This document shows, piece after piece, positions 13,601-27,600 of a stretch of 64,000 bases of DNA. The position numbers and the translations under genes are program-made. Under the pieces are notes generated by a model. That model had not been told where the DNA came from and ran no database searches. It worked only from the letters and a program-made list of their open reading frames with translations. Numbering within the stretch: position 1 is the stretch's first letter; each line of letters starts with the position of its first letter. The DNA is from Eledone cirrhosa (Eukaryota), in the NCBI GenBank assembly GCA_964016885.1, contig OZ024766.1:15128001-15192000 (forward strand). The letters run 5' to 3'.

Positions 13601-16600
13601 ACTTAACACCATGGAAACCAAGGTAAACACTGGCCTGATTAGCATCCAGGCTTGAGACAGACTTTAGACTCAGAACAAGTAACAGCCAAATTATAGATTA
13701 GTATGATAAAAAGGAAAGGACACATTAAATAGTGTAGTCCTAGTTATGCAATGCCTGAGAGAAGGGTGGAATGTGCTTATCTCGGTTTCCATGGTGTGAA
13801 GCAACTGAGAGTACAGAATTCCATCCTGCACAGGACTCCTGTCCTGTGCAGGATGGAATTTAAAATCCCCCAGCAATTGCTGGTACTCATTTTCAACTGA
13901 GTATACTACGCAAGAATGTTTTGCTTAAGAACGCAATGCACAGCCAAGTCCAGGAACCAAACCCACAACATTATGATTGTAAATCCAACAGCTTTACCAC
14001 TTGTGTTAGTGTTAGATAGAGATGACAGTTCATTGATCTCATAACTAGTTTAAACTGTAAACAACTGACAGTGTCCTTACATATTATAAAGAGGTGAATA
14101 AAAGATATTGAAAAAGATACTGTCAATTCACCAGCTTTTATTTTAATTTACAAATCTGCCCCCCCCCCCCCCCCCATAAAAAAAAAGACAATGGAAATTC
14201 GATATTTAGTTTTACTCACCATTTTGGCAGTTTCTTCCTTCAAAACCAGCAACACATCTTCCGTCAGAACATATTCCTGTCACTGAGTCACATTTGTTGC
14301 TGTCTACACAGTGACATATACCTTCACAGTTGCTGCCAAATCTACCATTCTGGCAGACTTTCAAAGAAACAAAAACATTGTTTGTTAATAAAAAAAAAAG
14401 CAAACCCTTTTTGGTTCAGAAACTTCTGGCGGAATCCCAGTCTCATATTTTTATATGGTTTGAATATAAATATACTTCTCTACCTTTTTTTCATGGAACC
14501 CCAGACATTCATTTGCAGAACCCTTGGGTTCCATGGATCCCACTTTGGGAATGACTAATAAAGAACACCCTAAAGTTTGGAGAGATAAAACAAGAATTCA
14601 TATATGTTGCACAGAGTAATTAGCTTCTTTCATTTCACTCACCTGTTTGACAGTTGTTACCTTTATAGCCAGGTGTACACCCACCACTCGAACAGGTACC
14701 AGATTTAGGGTTACACGTGCTATTGTCATAGCAGTGACAGCTATAGCTACAATCTTTACCAAACTTGCCACTGGAGCACTCTGAAATATAGAGCTATTAT
14801 TTATTATTTATTCATGAGTGAATAAGAATTGTTTCGACTTTTGACATAAGGCCAGCAATTACCCCAGTGCATTACTGGTACTTTATTTTATCGACCCCGT
14901 AAGGTCGAAAGGCAAAGTTAACCTCTGTGGGATTTGAACTCAGACCGTAAAGAACCATAACTCTATGCTGCAAAGCATGGCATCCGACGCTCTACCGATA
15001 CTGCCAATCCACTACCCTCACGATTCAATAATAATTATTTCTACTTTTTGCACAAGGCTAGCAATTATCCCAGTGTATTACTGGTACTTTATTAGTAATG
15101 CACTGGATAACAATAATGTTATAATAGTATTATAATATCATTAATATTCAGTTTGTTTGCCAGCAAACAGCCTCATAAACACCACGTGTGTTTTCTAGAT
15201 GAACAATGTCATCCTTTTGTTGTAAAAGGGAAAGAAATGGGCAGAACTGTTGGAGTGTTTGTTGGATGAAATGCTTTGCAGAACTTCTGAGGTCTGAGTT
15301 CAAATCTTGCTCAGGTCAAACTTGAATGTCATTTTTACAAGCTTGATAAAATAATGTACCAGTTAAATACTGGGGTAGATATAATCAACTGACTTTCTCT
15401 TTACTCCAAAATTAAGAAATCATTATTAACCCTTTACCATTCACATTACTCTATATATACTATTGTGTATTTTCATTGTAAAGGCTTTATCTCACATAAT
15501 TATCTCACATAATATCGAATCTATGAGATTTTGAAAGTATTTATTTTGAGAACAATACCTTAACATCAGTTTGAGCGACCAGTTACAGCCAATATCAACA
15601 GAAAGAGGTAGAGAATTCTGGCCGGTTTGGGCCAGTTTGAACACGAAAGGGTTAATTAAAAACATTGGTACATTTGTGCTTTACATAGTTTTGGCTTGGT
15701 TATTCTTCTTGTAACCAATCACTTTACTGAGTGGCCTGGGTGCACCAGTTCTTGAGAGGTTGTACTAATTAGGGTGGCACCAAGTGGATACAAAATGTGG
15801 GATGAAAAGAAGAGAGAGGAGTCAGTTGAAAATGTCTGAGTGGAGGTGGCATGAACCTAGAATACTCCGAGGAACAGAGTCCAATATAGTAGTGGTGGAA
15901 AGCAGGAGGAGAAGGCACATGGGGAGAGTATCAGTGAAGAAGAGAAAAAATGGTGTATCCATTTGGTTTATAGTCAAGTTTTATTTTTTTTAAACAAGCA
16001 CCTTTATAGGCTTAGTCGGCCACCTATGAGGTTGTCACCCCATAGGAAGTATTCTGGGTGTTTCAATGGTAAGGACACCATGCCTATCATGTTGTTGTTA
16101 CAGCTCACATTTATGTAGGTTTGGCTGGCCCCCTACAAGGATGCACTCCATAGGAAATATTCTGGGTGTTTTAATAATAAGGACCCCAGGCCTATCATGT
16201 TGTTACAGCTCTACCTATGTAGGTTTAACTGGCCTCTGACAAAAATGCACCCCAAAGGAGCCTCGGTCTTTTCATGTCACTCTTTCCTTGGTAAGTTTGG
16301 AATCTCACTTTGAAGTGCCATGTGCTCACCTAGAAATACAAATAGCATAGAAGATCTACTGAATGACTCACCTGTCTGACAATTGCTACCTTGATAGCCA
16401 GCTTCACAGCCACCACTGGAACATACACCTGTGATGGGGTCACACTTGCTGTTGTTGGCACAGTGACATAAGTTAATACAGTTGTCACCAAATTTACCAC
16501 TTCTACACTCTGGGTACATTAAATATGAAGAATATAGAAGTTAGATGGAATGAGATGTGAAATGTATGTGATATACAATGTATGAGTTGTGAAATGTATG

Positions 16601-18620
16601 GGATGTGAAATGTATGGGATGTGAAATGTAGGAATATGAAATGTAGGGATGTGAAATGTAGGTGATGTGAAATGTAGGGATGAGGAATGTAGGGATGGGG
16701 AATGTAGGGATGAGGAATGTAGGAGATGTGAAATGTAGGATATGTGAACTGTAGTAGATATGAAATGTAAGAGATGTGAAATGTAAGAGATGTGAAATGT
16801 AGGTGATGTGAAATGTAGGATATGTGAAATGTAGGATATGTGAAATGTAAGGATGTGAAATGTAGGAGATGTGAAATGTAAGAGATGTGAAATGTAAGGA
16901 TGTGAAATGTAAGAGATGTGAAATGTAGGTGATGTGAAATGTAAGAGATGTGAAATGTAGGTGATGTGAAATTTAAGAGATGTGAAATGTAGGGATGAGG
17001 AATGTAGGAGATGTGAAATGTAGGAGATGTGAAATGTAGGAGATGTGAAATGTAGGAGATGTGAAATGTAAGAGATGTGAAATGTAAGAGATGTGAAATG
17101 TAAGATATGTGAAATGTAAGAGATGTGAAATGTAGGAGATGTGAAATGTAAGAGATGTGAAATGTAAGAGATGTGAAATGTAGGTGATGTGAAATGTAAG
17201 AGATGTGAAATGTAAGAGATGTGAAATGTAGGAGATGTGAAATGTAAGAGATGTGAAATGTAGGTGATGTGAAATGTAAGAGATGTGAAATGTAGGATAT
17301 GTGAAATGTAAAGGTGTGAATTGTATAATGTGAAATATAGATGTGAATTGTGTGAGATGTGAAATGTAGAGAATGTACAAGAATAACAGTAAACATCAAC
17401 AACAACAACAGCAACCATCATCAACAACAATAACATGAATAACAAAAACAAACAACAATAGCAACAACAAAAACAACAAAAACAATAACAAAATAACAAC
17501 AGCAAACAAAAATAGCAGTCATCAACAACATCCCTTACATTTTTACCTGTTCCAGCCATCTGGCAGAGGCCATGCTGGGGCACCGCTCTTGTTGCTACAC
17601 ATTCTATCTCCAGCCTGTGTTGTCTGGCCATTGGTGTAAGAGGGAGTTTGTTGCTGTTGCCCATCAATAACAAAATAACAACAACAAAACAACAATAGCA
17701 ACAACAACAAATATATACTTACTTAACTGACAATTGTTACCCTCATATCTAGCAATACAACCCCCACTTGAACAGGTCCATGATACTGGGGTACACTTGC
17801 TGTTGTCTGTACAATGACATATACTGCTGCACTTGGCACCAAACCTTCCATATTGACAAACTATGGCAGAAAAAAAAATATATATAATTCCAAAATTAAA
17901 TTAAGGGTGTCATGTCCGAGAGACATGCGCCATTAAACAACATAAGACAATTATTCCATTTACCAAAGGTTTTATGAAGACTGACGAGCTCGTCTGTCTT
18001 CGTGAAACCTTTGGTAAATGGAATAATTGTCTTATGTTGTTTATTACATAACTAAATAGCTCTGTAGCTTACATAGTGCACTCTCCTTTCCTTCGGAAAC
18101 ACTTAATATATATATATGCAGAAGACCTGACTTCCCTAGGGTACAAGCCGAAGCTGAAGCATATGGAAAATATGCCCCCACCCCCTCCTCCCACTGCAAA
18201 GTGGTCGTGGAGGTGTCATGACAAAAAAAGCACCCAGCCCACACTGTAAAGTGGACATGTAGGCGCCACGGTAAAAAAGCACCTAGCACTCACTGTAAAT
18301 GAGGTTGGTGTTAGGAAGGGCATCCAGCTGTAGAAATCAAGCCAGCATCAGTTCCCATATGAGCAAGACAAGGTCACTCGACCTGGCATTGCCTACAACA
18401 GGACAACCGGTCTAACCCATGGAAGAATGGACGTAAAAGGGTGATGGTGATGATATATATTTTTTTCACTAATGTCACACAAAATTGTATGTTTTTTGTA
18501 GCTTTATGGTTTAACGGTTTCCTTTTTAAAAATTGTTTTTTTGTTTTGTTTTGTTTTCGTTCGCTGTCTTCTCTTTTCTTTGTTGATTTTCTTAAATATA
18601 TATATATATAAATATATGTA

Positions 18621-18657
<37 letters not shown>

Positions 18658-21600
18658 TTTTTTTTTTCTGATTCCACCCTGCCTGTCCCTTCAATCTTTC
18701 TAATTTCTCATTCTTTCTTCTGATGAAGGACTAGCGTCCAAAACCTTAAAACCCTCTTGTTGCTATTTCAAGTGTTAACCTAATATTTTCTTTCCATATA
18801 CTGTACCGATTGTGTTGTTATCTCTGTTTACACACAATCATCATCATCATCATCATCATTTTACGTCCGCCTTTCCCTGCTTGCAAGGGTTGGACGGGTT
18901 CTATTCAGCGCAGCATCTCTCCACTTGTCACGGTCCTTCGTCATCTCCTCAGATTACATTTATTGTATTCAGCCATGTAGAGTGGAAATTTTATTTTATT
19001 TGAATGTGGCAAAGCCGGTCATTTATTGCTCGTATACAGGAAACTGACTGGCCAGTCTGCTGATATACAAATCTGGCTGATCAGTGGATCTGCTAATATG
19101 CAGATCTGACTGATCAGCCAGTCTGCTAATATGGAAATCAGGCCGATCAGCCACTGTATATTTTAGAAAATAGTATATATTTTCACTAGCTCTGACAGTT
19201 GGCAGGTGAAGAGTGAGCTGTACTGATGAAGGCTGATACCCAGAAAAATTAGTGTCTGCAATTCTGTTTACATGCCAACACAAGAGCAAGAATGATGGGT
19301 TCATTCTATTGACATGGCTTTAAAATTGAGGCTTGTTTGCATAATTGCAGACGAATCGAATGCTATTATTAATATTCGAAAAGGGCGGTAGATTGGCAGT
19401 ATCGGTAGAGGGTCGGACCATGCTTTGACGCATAAAGTTACGGCCCTTGCTATTCTGAGTTCAAATCCCGCTGAGGTTAACTTTGCCTTTCATCCTTATG
19501 GGGTCGATAAAATAAAGTACCAGTAATACACTGGGTAATTGCTGGCCTTGTGCCAAAAGTAGAAACAATTATTAATATTCGAAAAACTCAGATTACATAT
19601 ATATATAGAGATATATATATATGGCTTAAAAGAGAAGATGAATGGTGTGTCTGACACATTGAGGTTGATGGAGACACCTTGCTGAGAGGCATAACACCAG
19701 ACTCTTCAAATTTCATGCTGTTCTGATGCATTGAGATGGAACAGATGCTACCTTTATAACCAGCACCACACCCTCCATTGGAACACACACCTGTCTGACA
19801 GTTGCTACTTCCACAACCAGCACCACATCTTCCGCTGGAACACATACCTGTCTGACAGTTGATACCTTTATAATCAGCACCACACATTCTACTATAACAC
19901 ACACCTGTCTCTGTGTTACACCTGTCTCTGTGTTACATCTGTCTCTGTGTTACACCTACTGTCATCTTGTTTCAATATATTAAGTTACAAACAAAGCTAT
20001 ACTACACCACTTACCTGTCTGACAGTTGCTACCTTCATAACCAGCAGCACATCCGCCACTAAAATACACACCTGTCTGTTTGTTACACCTGTTGTTGTCA
20101 GTACAGTGACAGATGCTTTCGCAGTTGGGTCCAAATTTACCAATATCACAAACTAAACATACAAAAAAAATAGATAAACAAATTCTGAAGAAGTCACGGC
20201 TGTTCCACATTTCTAGTCACTGTACTATTGTAACTAGTACTCTACTAACTACCACTATACTAACTATTGTAACTAGTACTCTACTAACTACTACTACATC
20301 ATTCACTATACTAACTATTGTAACTAGTACTCTACTAACTACCACTATACCATTCACTATACTAACTATTGTAACTAGTACTCTATTAACTACCACTACA
20401 TCATTCACTATACTAACTATTGTAACTAGTACTCTACTAACTACCACTATACCATTCACTATACTAACTATTGTAACTAGTACTCTACTAACTACCACTA
20501 CATCATTCACTATACTAACTATTGTAACTAGTACTCTACTAACTACCACTATACCATTCACTATACTAACTATTGTAACTAGTACTCTACTAACTACCAC
20601 TACATCATTCACTATACTAACTATTGTAACTAGTACTCTACTAATTACCACTATACCAATCACTATACTAACTATTGTAACTAGTACTCTACTAACTACC
20701 ACTACATCATTCACTATACTAACTATTGTAACTAGTACTCTACTAACTACCACTATACCATTCACTATACTAACTACCACTACATCATTCACTATACTAA
20801 CTATTGTAACTAGTACTCTACTAACTACTACTACATCATTCATTATACTAACTATTGTAACTAGTACTCTACTAACTACTACTAAATCATTCACTATACT
20901 AACTATTGTAACTAGTACGCTACTAACTACCACTATACCATTCACTATACTATTATAACTACCACTCTGTAGTAGTAGTAGTGGCACTCCATCGGTTACG
21001 ATGAGTGTTCCAACTGATACAATCAACAGTACAGCCTGCTCGTGAAATTTACATGCAAGTGGCTGAGTATTCCACAAACACGCGTACCCATAATATAGTT
21101 CTCAGGGAGATTCAGCAAGACACAATATGTGACAAGGCTAGCATTTCGAATTACAGGTACAGTTCATTTTTGCCAGCTGAGTGGACTGGAGCAACATGAA
21201 ATAAAGTGTCTTGCTCAAGGACACAGTGGACTGGAGCAACATGAAATAAAGTGTCTTGCTCAAGGACACAGTGGACTGGAGCAACATGAAATAAAGTGTC
21301 TTGCTCAAGGACACAGTGGACTGGAGCAACATGAAATAAAGTGTCTTGCTCAAGGACACAGTGGACTGGAGCAACATGAAATAAAGTGTCTTGCTCAAGG
21401 ACACAGTGGACTGGAGCAACATGAAATAAAGTGTCTTGCTCAAGGACACAGTGGACTGGAGCAACATGAAATAAAGTGTCTTGCTCAAGGACACAGTGGA
21501 CTGGAGCAACATGAAATAAGGTGTCTTGCTCAAGGACACAGTGGACTGGAGCAACATGAAATAAAGTGTCTTGCTCAAGGACACAGTGGACTGGAGCAAC

Positions 21601-24600
21601 ATGAAATAAGGTGTCTTGCTCAAGGACACAGTGGACTGGAGCAACATGAAATAAAGTGTCTTGCTCAAGGACACAGTGGACTGGAGCAACATGAAATAAA
21701 GTGTCTTGCTCAAGGACACAGTGGACTGGAGCAACATGAAATAAGGTGTCTTGCTCAAGGACACAGTGGACTGGAGCAACATGAAATAAAGTGTCTTGCT
21801 CAAGGACACAGTGGACTGGAGCAACATGAAATAAAGTGTCTTGCTCAAGGACACAGTGGACTGGAGCAACATGAAATAAAGTGTCTTGCTCAAGGACACA
21901 GTGGACTGGAGCAACATGAAATAAAGTGTCTTGCTCAAGGACACAGTGGACTAGAGCAACATGAAATAAAGTGTCTTGCTCAAGGACACAGTGGACTGGA
22001 GCAACATGAAATAAAGTGTCTTGCTCAAGGACACAGTGGACTGGAGCAACATGAAATAAAGTGTCTTGCTCAAGGACACAGTGGACTGGAGCAACATGAA
22101 ATAAAGTGTCTTGCTCAAGGACACAGTGGACTGGAGCAACATGAAATAAAGTGTCTTGCTCAAGGACACAGTGGACTAGAGCAACATGAAATAAAGTGTC
22201 TTGCTCAAGGACACAGTGGACTGGAGCAACATGAAATAAGGTGTCTTGCTCAAGGACACAGTGGACTGGAGCAACATGAAATAAAGTGTCTTGCTCAAGG
22301 ACACAGTGGACTGGAGCAACATGAAATAAAGTGTCTTGCTCAAGGACACAGTGGACTGGAGCAACATGAAATAAAGTGTCTTGCTCAAGGACACAGTGGA
22401 CTGGAGCAACATGAAATAAAGTGTCTTGCTCAAGGACACAGTGGACTAGAGCAACATGAAATAAAGTGTCTTGCTCAAGGACACAGTGGACTGGAGCAAC
22501 ATGAAATAAAGTGTCTTGCTCAAGGACACAGTGGACTGGAGCAACATGAAATAAAGTGTCTTGCTCAAGGACACAGTGGACTGGAGCAACATGAAATAAA
22601 GTGTCTTGCTCAAGGACACAGTGGACTGGAGCAACATGAAATAAAGTGTCTTGCTCAAGGACACAGTGGACTGGAGCAACATGAAATAAAGTGTCTTGCT
22701 CAAGGACACAGTGGACTGGAGCAACATGAAATAAAGTGTCTTGCTCAAGGACACAGTGGACTGGAGCAACATGAAATAAAGTGTCTTGCTCAAGGACACA
22801 GTGGACTGGAGCAACATGAAATAAAGTGTCTTGCTCAAGGACACAGTGGACTGGAGCAACGTGAAATAAAGTGTCTTGCTCAAGGACACAGTGGACTGGA
22901 GCAACGTGAAATAAGGTGTCTTGCTCAAGGACACAGTGGACTGGAGCAACATGAAATAAGGTGTCTTGCTCAAGGACACAGTGGACTGGAGCAACATGAA
23001 ATAAAGTGTCTTGCTCAAGGACACAGTGGACTGGAGCAACATGAAATAAAGTGTCTTGCTCAAGGACACAATGTACTGCTGGGAATTGAACTCGTGACCT
23101 TACAATCTTAAGCCGAATACCCTAACTACGAAGCCACGTGCTTCACTCCACTCTACCGCTCTACTAACTACCACTACACCATTCATTATACTAACTATTA
23201 TAACTACCACTCTACTAGTAATATTTATGAGTAATATTAACTAATTATATTAACTAATTATATTGACTAATTATATTGACTAATTATATTGACTAATTAT
23301 ATTAACTAATTATATAGACTAATTATATTAACTAATTATATTGACTAATTATATTGACTAATTATATAGACTAATTATATTAACTAATTATATTGACTAA
23401 TTATATTGACTAATTATATTGACTAATTATATTGACTAATTATATTGACTAATAATATTGACTAATTATATTGACTAATTATATTGACTAATAATATTGA
23501 CTAATTATATTGACTAATTATATTGACTAATAATATTGACTAATAATATTGACTAATTATATTGACTAATTATATTGACTAATAATATTGACTAATTATA
23601 TGAACTAATAATTGTTTCTACGTAAGGCACAAGGCCAGCAATTACACAGTACATTACTGGTACTTTATTTTATCGACCCCGTAAGGATGAAAGGCAAAGT
23701 CAACCTCGGCGGGATTTGAACTCAGATCGTAAAGGGACGTAACTGGGTTCAAATCCTACTGAAGTTATAGCTCTGGCTTTCATCCTAACAAGGTTGATAA
23801 AGTAAAGTACCAGTAACGTACTGGGGTTGATAAAGTAAAATACCAGTAACGTACTGGGGTTGATAAAGTAAAGTACCAGTAATGTACTGGGGTTGATAAA
23901 GTAAAGTACCAGTAACGTACTGGGGTTGATAAAGTAAAGTACCAGTAATGTACTGGGGTTGATAAAGTACCAGTAACGTACTGGGGTTGATAAAATAAAG
24001 TACCTGGACTGGTGAGAGATAAAAGCTGAGATATGAAAATAACTAACCTTTCTGACAACTGTTTCCTTCATAACCTGGAGCACATCTACCCCTTGAACAG
24101 ATCCCTAATTCCACATTACACCTGTTGTTATCTTCACAATGACACACCTGATCACAGTTGGCACCAAGTCTTCCACTACTGCACACTATAACAGGAAAAC
24201 ATTGGTGTAGATCAGGGATTGGCAACTTCTTTGCCTCCACGGGCCGGACGAACGCCATAAAAGAATAATTATGGAAAATTACACAAGCTAAAATTTAATC
24301 TCGAGTGTTGACTATACTATTCATTTCTCAAATCTTGAATTATATTCACAAATACCTCTGAATCCTGTGATTTCCCTCCTTGAAATGATGGAAAATGCAC
24401 ATAATTTTTATTTCAAAGTTGATGTTCCCACAACTGTAGCTTTTTTTCAAAGACAACAATATGGTTATACATTTCATTTACGAGCTGAGTTTTACCTTGA
24501 AGTTGTAAATTTAAGTTATTTAACCCTTTAGCACTTACATTATTCTATATTTACTATTGTAGTTTCACAGTAAACACTTTATCTTATATAGTTATCTCAC

Positions 24601-27600
24601 ATAATATTGAATCTATGAGATTTTGATATTATTTATTTTGAGAAGAATACCTTAACGTCAGTATGAGTGGCTAGTTACAGCCGGTTTGAACAGAAAAAAG
24701 TGAGAGATTTCTGGCCGGATATGGCCGGTTTAAATGCTAAAGGGTTAAACGAGTCACAATATCTTCAATAAATACCAAAGTTGTAACAGCAGGCCTTTTA
24801 TTGTATTCGAAAAGCTCGTCTCTCATGTTACAATAAATTTAAATTTTAAATAAACAACTCATTGGGCATAAGTTCTTGCAGGCTGGTCGAAATCCTTTCC
24901 TGAGCCGGACCGGCCTGTGCGCCGTAAGTAGCCAACCCCTGCTGTAGGGTAATGTCTTGTGATGGTAATGGTGGTACTGGTGGTAGTAGTGGGAATATTG
25001 CACCGGACAATTCTCGTTTCATTTTCTTCCAATTTTCTCTGTTGCTCCATGTTCATCACTCATGTCTCACTCCTATAAATCATGTCACTTCTAACACATG
25101 TAGCAAACATCTTTCCCTTCCATGTCTCACTCCTATAAATCATATCACTTCTAACACATGTAGCAAACATCTTTCCCTTCCATGTCTCACTCCTATAAAT
25201 CATATCACTTCTAACACATGTAGCAAACATCTTTCCCTTCCATGTCTCACTCCTATAAATCATGTCACTTCTAACACATGTAGCAAACATCTTTCCCTTC
25301 CATGTCTCACTCCTATAAATCATATCACTTCTAACACATGTAGCAAACATCTTTCCCTTCCATGTCTCACTCCTATAAATCATGTCACTTCTAACACATG
25401 TAGCAAACATCTTTCCCTTCCATGTCTCACTCCTATAAATCATGTCACTTCTAACACATGTAGCAAACATCTTTCCCTTCCATGTCTCACTCCTATAAAT
25501 CATATCACTTCTAACACATGTAGCAAACATCTTTCCCTTCCATGTCTCACTCCTATAAATCATGTCACTTCTAACATATGTAGCAAACATCTTTCCCTTC
25601 CATGTCTCACTCCTATAAATCATGTCACTTCTAACACATGTATCAAACATCTTTCCCTTCATGTCTCACTCCTATAAATCATGTCACTTCTAACATATGT
25701 AGCAAACATCTTTCCCTTCCATGTCTCACTCCTAACACATGTAGCAAACATCTTTCCCTTCCATGTCTCACTCCTATAAATCATGTCACTTCTAACACAT
25801 GTAGCAAACATATTTCCCTTCCATGCCTCACTCCTATAAATCATGTCACTTCTAACACATGTAGCAAACATCTTTCCCTTCCATGTCTCACTCCTATAAA
25901 TCATGTCACTTCTAACACATGTAGCAAACATCTTTCCCTTCCATGTCTCACTCCTATAAATCATGTCACTTCTAACACATGAAGCAAACATCTTTCCCTT
26001 CCATGTCTCACTCCTATAAATCATGTCACTTCTAACACATGTAGCAAACATCTTTCCCTTCCATGTCTCACTCCTATAAATTATGTCTCTTTTTAAGCAT
26101 GTATCATACATATCTCTCCTCCATGTGATGTCTCAATATATTATTTTAGAAACAAAGCTACACTACACCACTTACCTGTCTGACAGTTGCTACCTTCATA
26201 ACCAGCAGCACATCCGCCACTAGAACACACACCTGTCTGTTTGTTACACCTGCTGTTATCTGCACAGTGACATGTATATTTACAGTTGGGTCCAAATTTA
26301 CCTGTTTTACACCCTGAAAATAAAATATGAAAGTCTAAATATATTTATTAATTTACATTAATTTCTGATAGTTTCATATTTTACATGGCGGACATTATCA
26401 GAGTTTTTGATGAACAGTATGGTTTTCATCCTGGACGTAGCAGAGCTGCATGATTAAATAATTAGCTCGAAACCAGTATCACACTGATGATGACATCATA
26501 TCACCTGCTGATGATGTTTCTCATGGATAAGATGAAAGCTTTTTCACAAATGGGATCCAACTGCAACACCAATAGAGAAAGGGTGTGGACCGCAGGGGGG
26601 ACTATTTGCAAAAATAAACCTCATTTGGTCACATTGCATGAGAGTAACTTGTTCAACCTAAGAACTATTCAGAAGAGCCTTGTATTACACCACTTACCTG
26701 TCTGACAGTTGCTACCTTCATAACCAGTAGCACATCCTCCACTGGAACACACACCTGTCTGTTTGTTACACCTGTTGTTGTCAGCACAGTGACAAATATT
26801 GCCACAGTTGGGCCAAATTTACCTGTTTTACACCCTGAAAATAAAAATATGGAATGTTCTGCATGAGTAAGGGGTTAATGGACAGCTTCTTGCTCCTATA
26901 AATCATGTCATCTCTAACACATGTAGCATACATCTTGCCTTTCCATTCTCTTCAGCTTCTCCTGTAGCTCCATCTTCATCACTCAGTATGTAGCATACAT
27001 CTTTCCCTTCCATGCGATGCAAACTTGTTACAAACATTTTCTTTCCATGCGATGTCCCAATATACTAAGTTACAAACAAAGCTTACCTGTCTGACAGTTG
27101 CTACCTTCATAACCAGCAGCACATCCTCCACTGGAACACACACCTGCTGTTGTCAGAACAGTGACATGTGTTGCCACAGTTGGGTCCAATTTACCTGTTT
27201 TACACCCTGAAAATAAAATATGGAAGTCTAAATATATTTGACAATTCACATTAATTTCTGATAGTCTCATATTTTAAATGGTGGACATTATCCTAATTCT
27301 GTAAAATTGAGATAAGAAAGATTGCTCCAATTAAAGAAGGAACTCCTTGTTAAACCTTCCTGATAAAGTTTATGATAAATGTCTGACAAAGAGAGATTGT
27401 TGTGTTCAAGTTAGCTGATGGACAATGTGGTTTTACCCTGGATGCAGTAAAGCTGACCAAATATTCACAGTGAGGTAGGTCTTTGATAAATCATGGGATT
27501 ACTGCCAAGAGATGTATTCCTGTTTTGCAGACATCAAAAAGGCTTATGACAGTATTTTACAGGATCAGATGTGGAATGTTCTGAATGACTATGGGGTCGA

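Noticed and set aside
16503-17673. 303-384 aa His/Phe/Thr-rich ORFs adjoining an EGF exon
   Set aside because: 16-bp minisatellite and (AAC)n translation; the exon has its own acceptor at 16510-16511
21129-23111. 660-aa ORF ([15 protein letters not shown])n
   Set aside because: Translation of a 45-bp SINE-derived tandem repeat, antisense to the host gene, with no splice or domain support
26449-26550. Hammerhead-like words (CGAAACCAGTA, two CTGATGA, GAAAGCTTTTTC)
   Set aside because: I could not build consistent stems I-III; at most a scrambled relic
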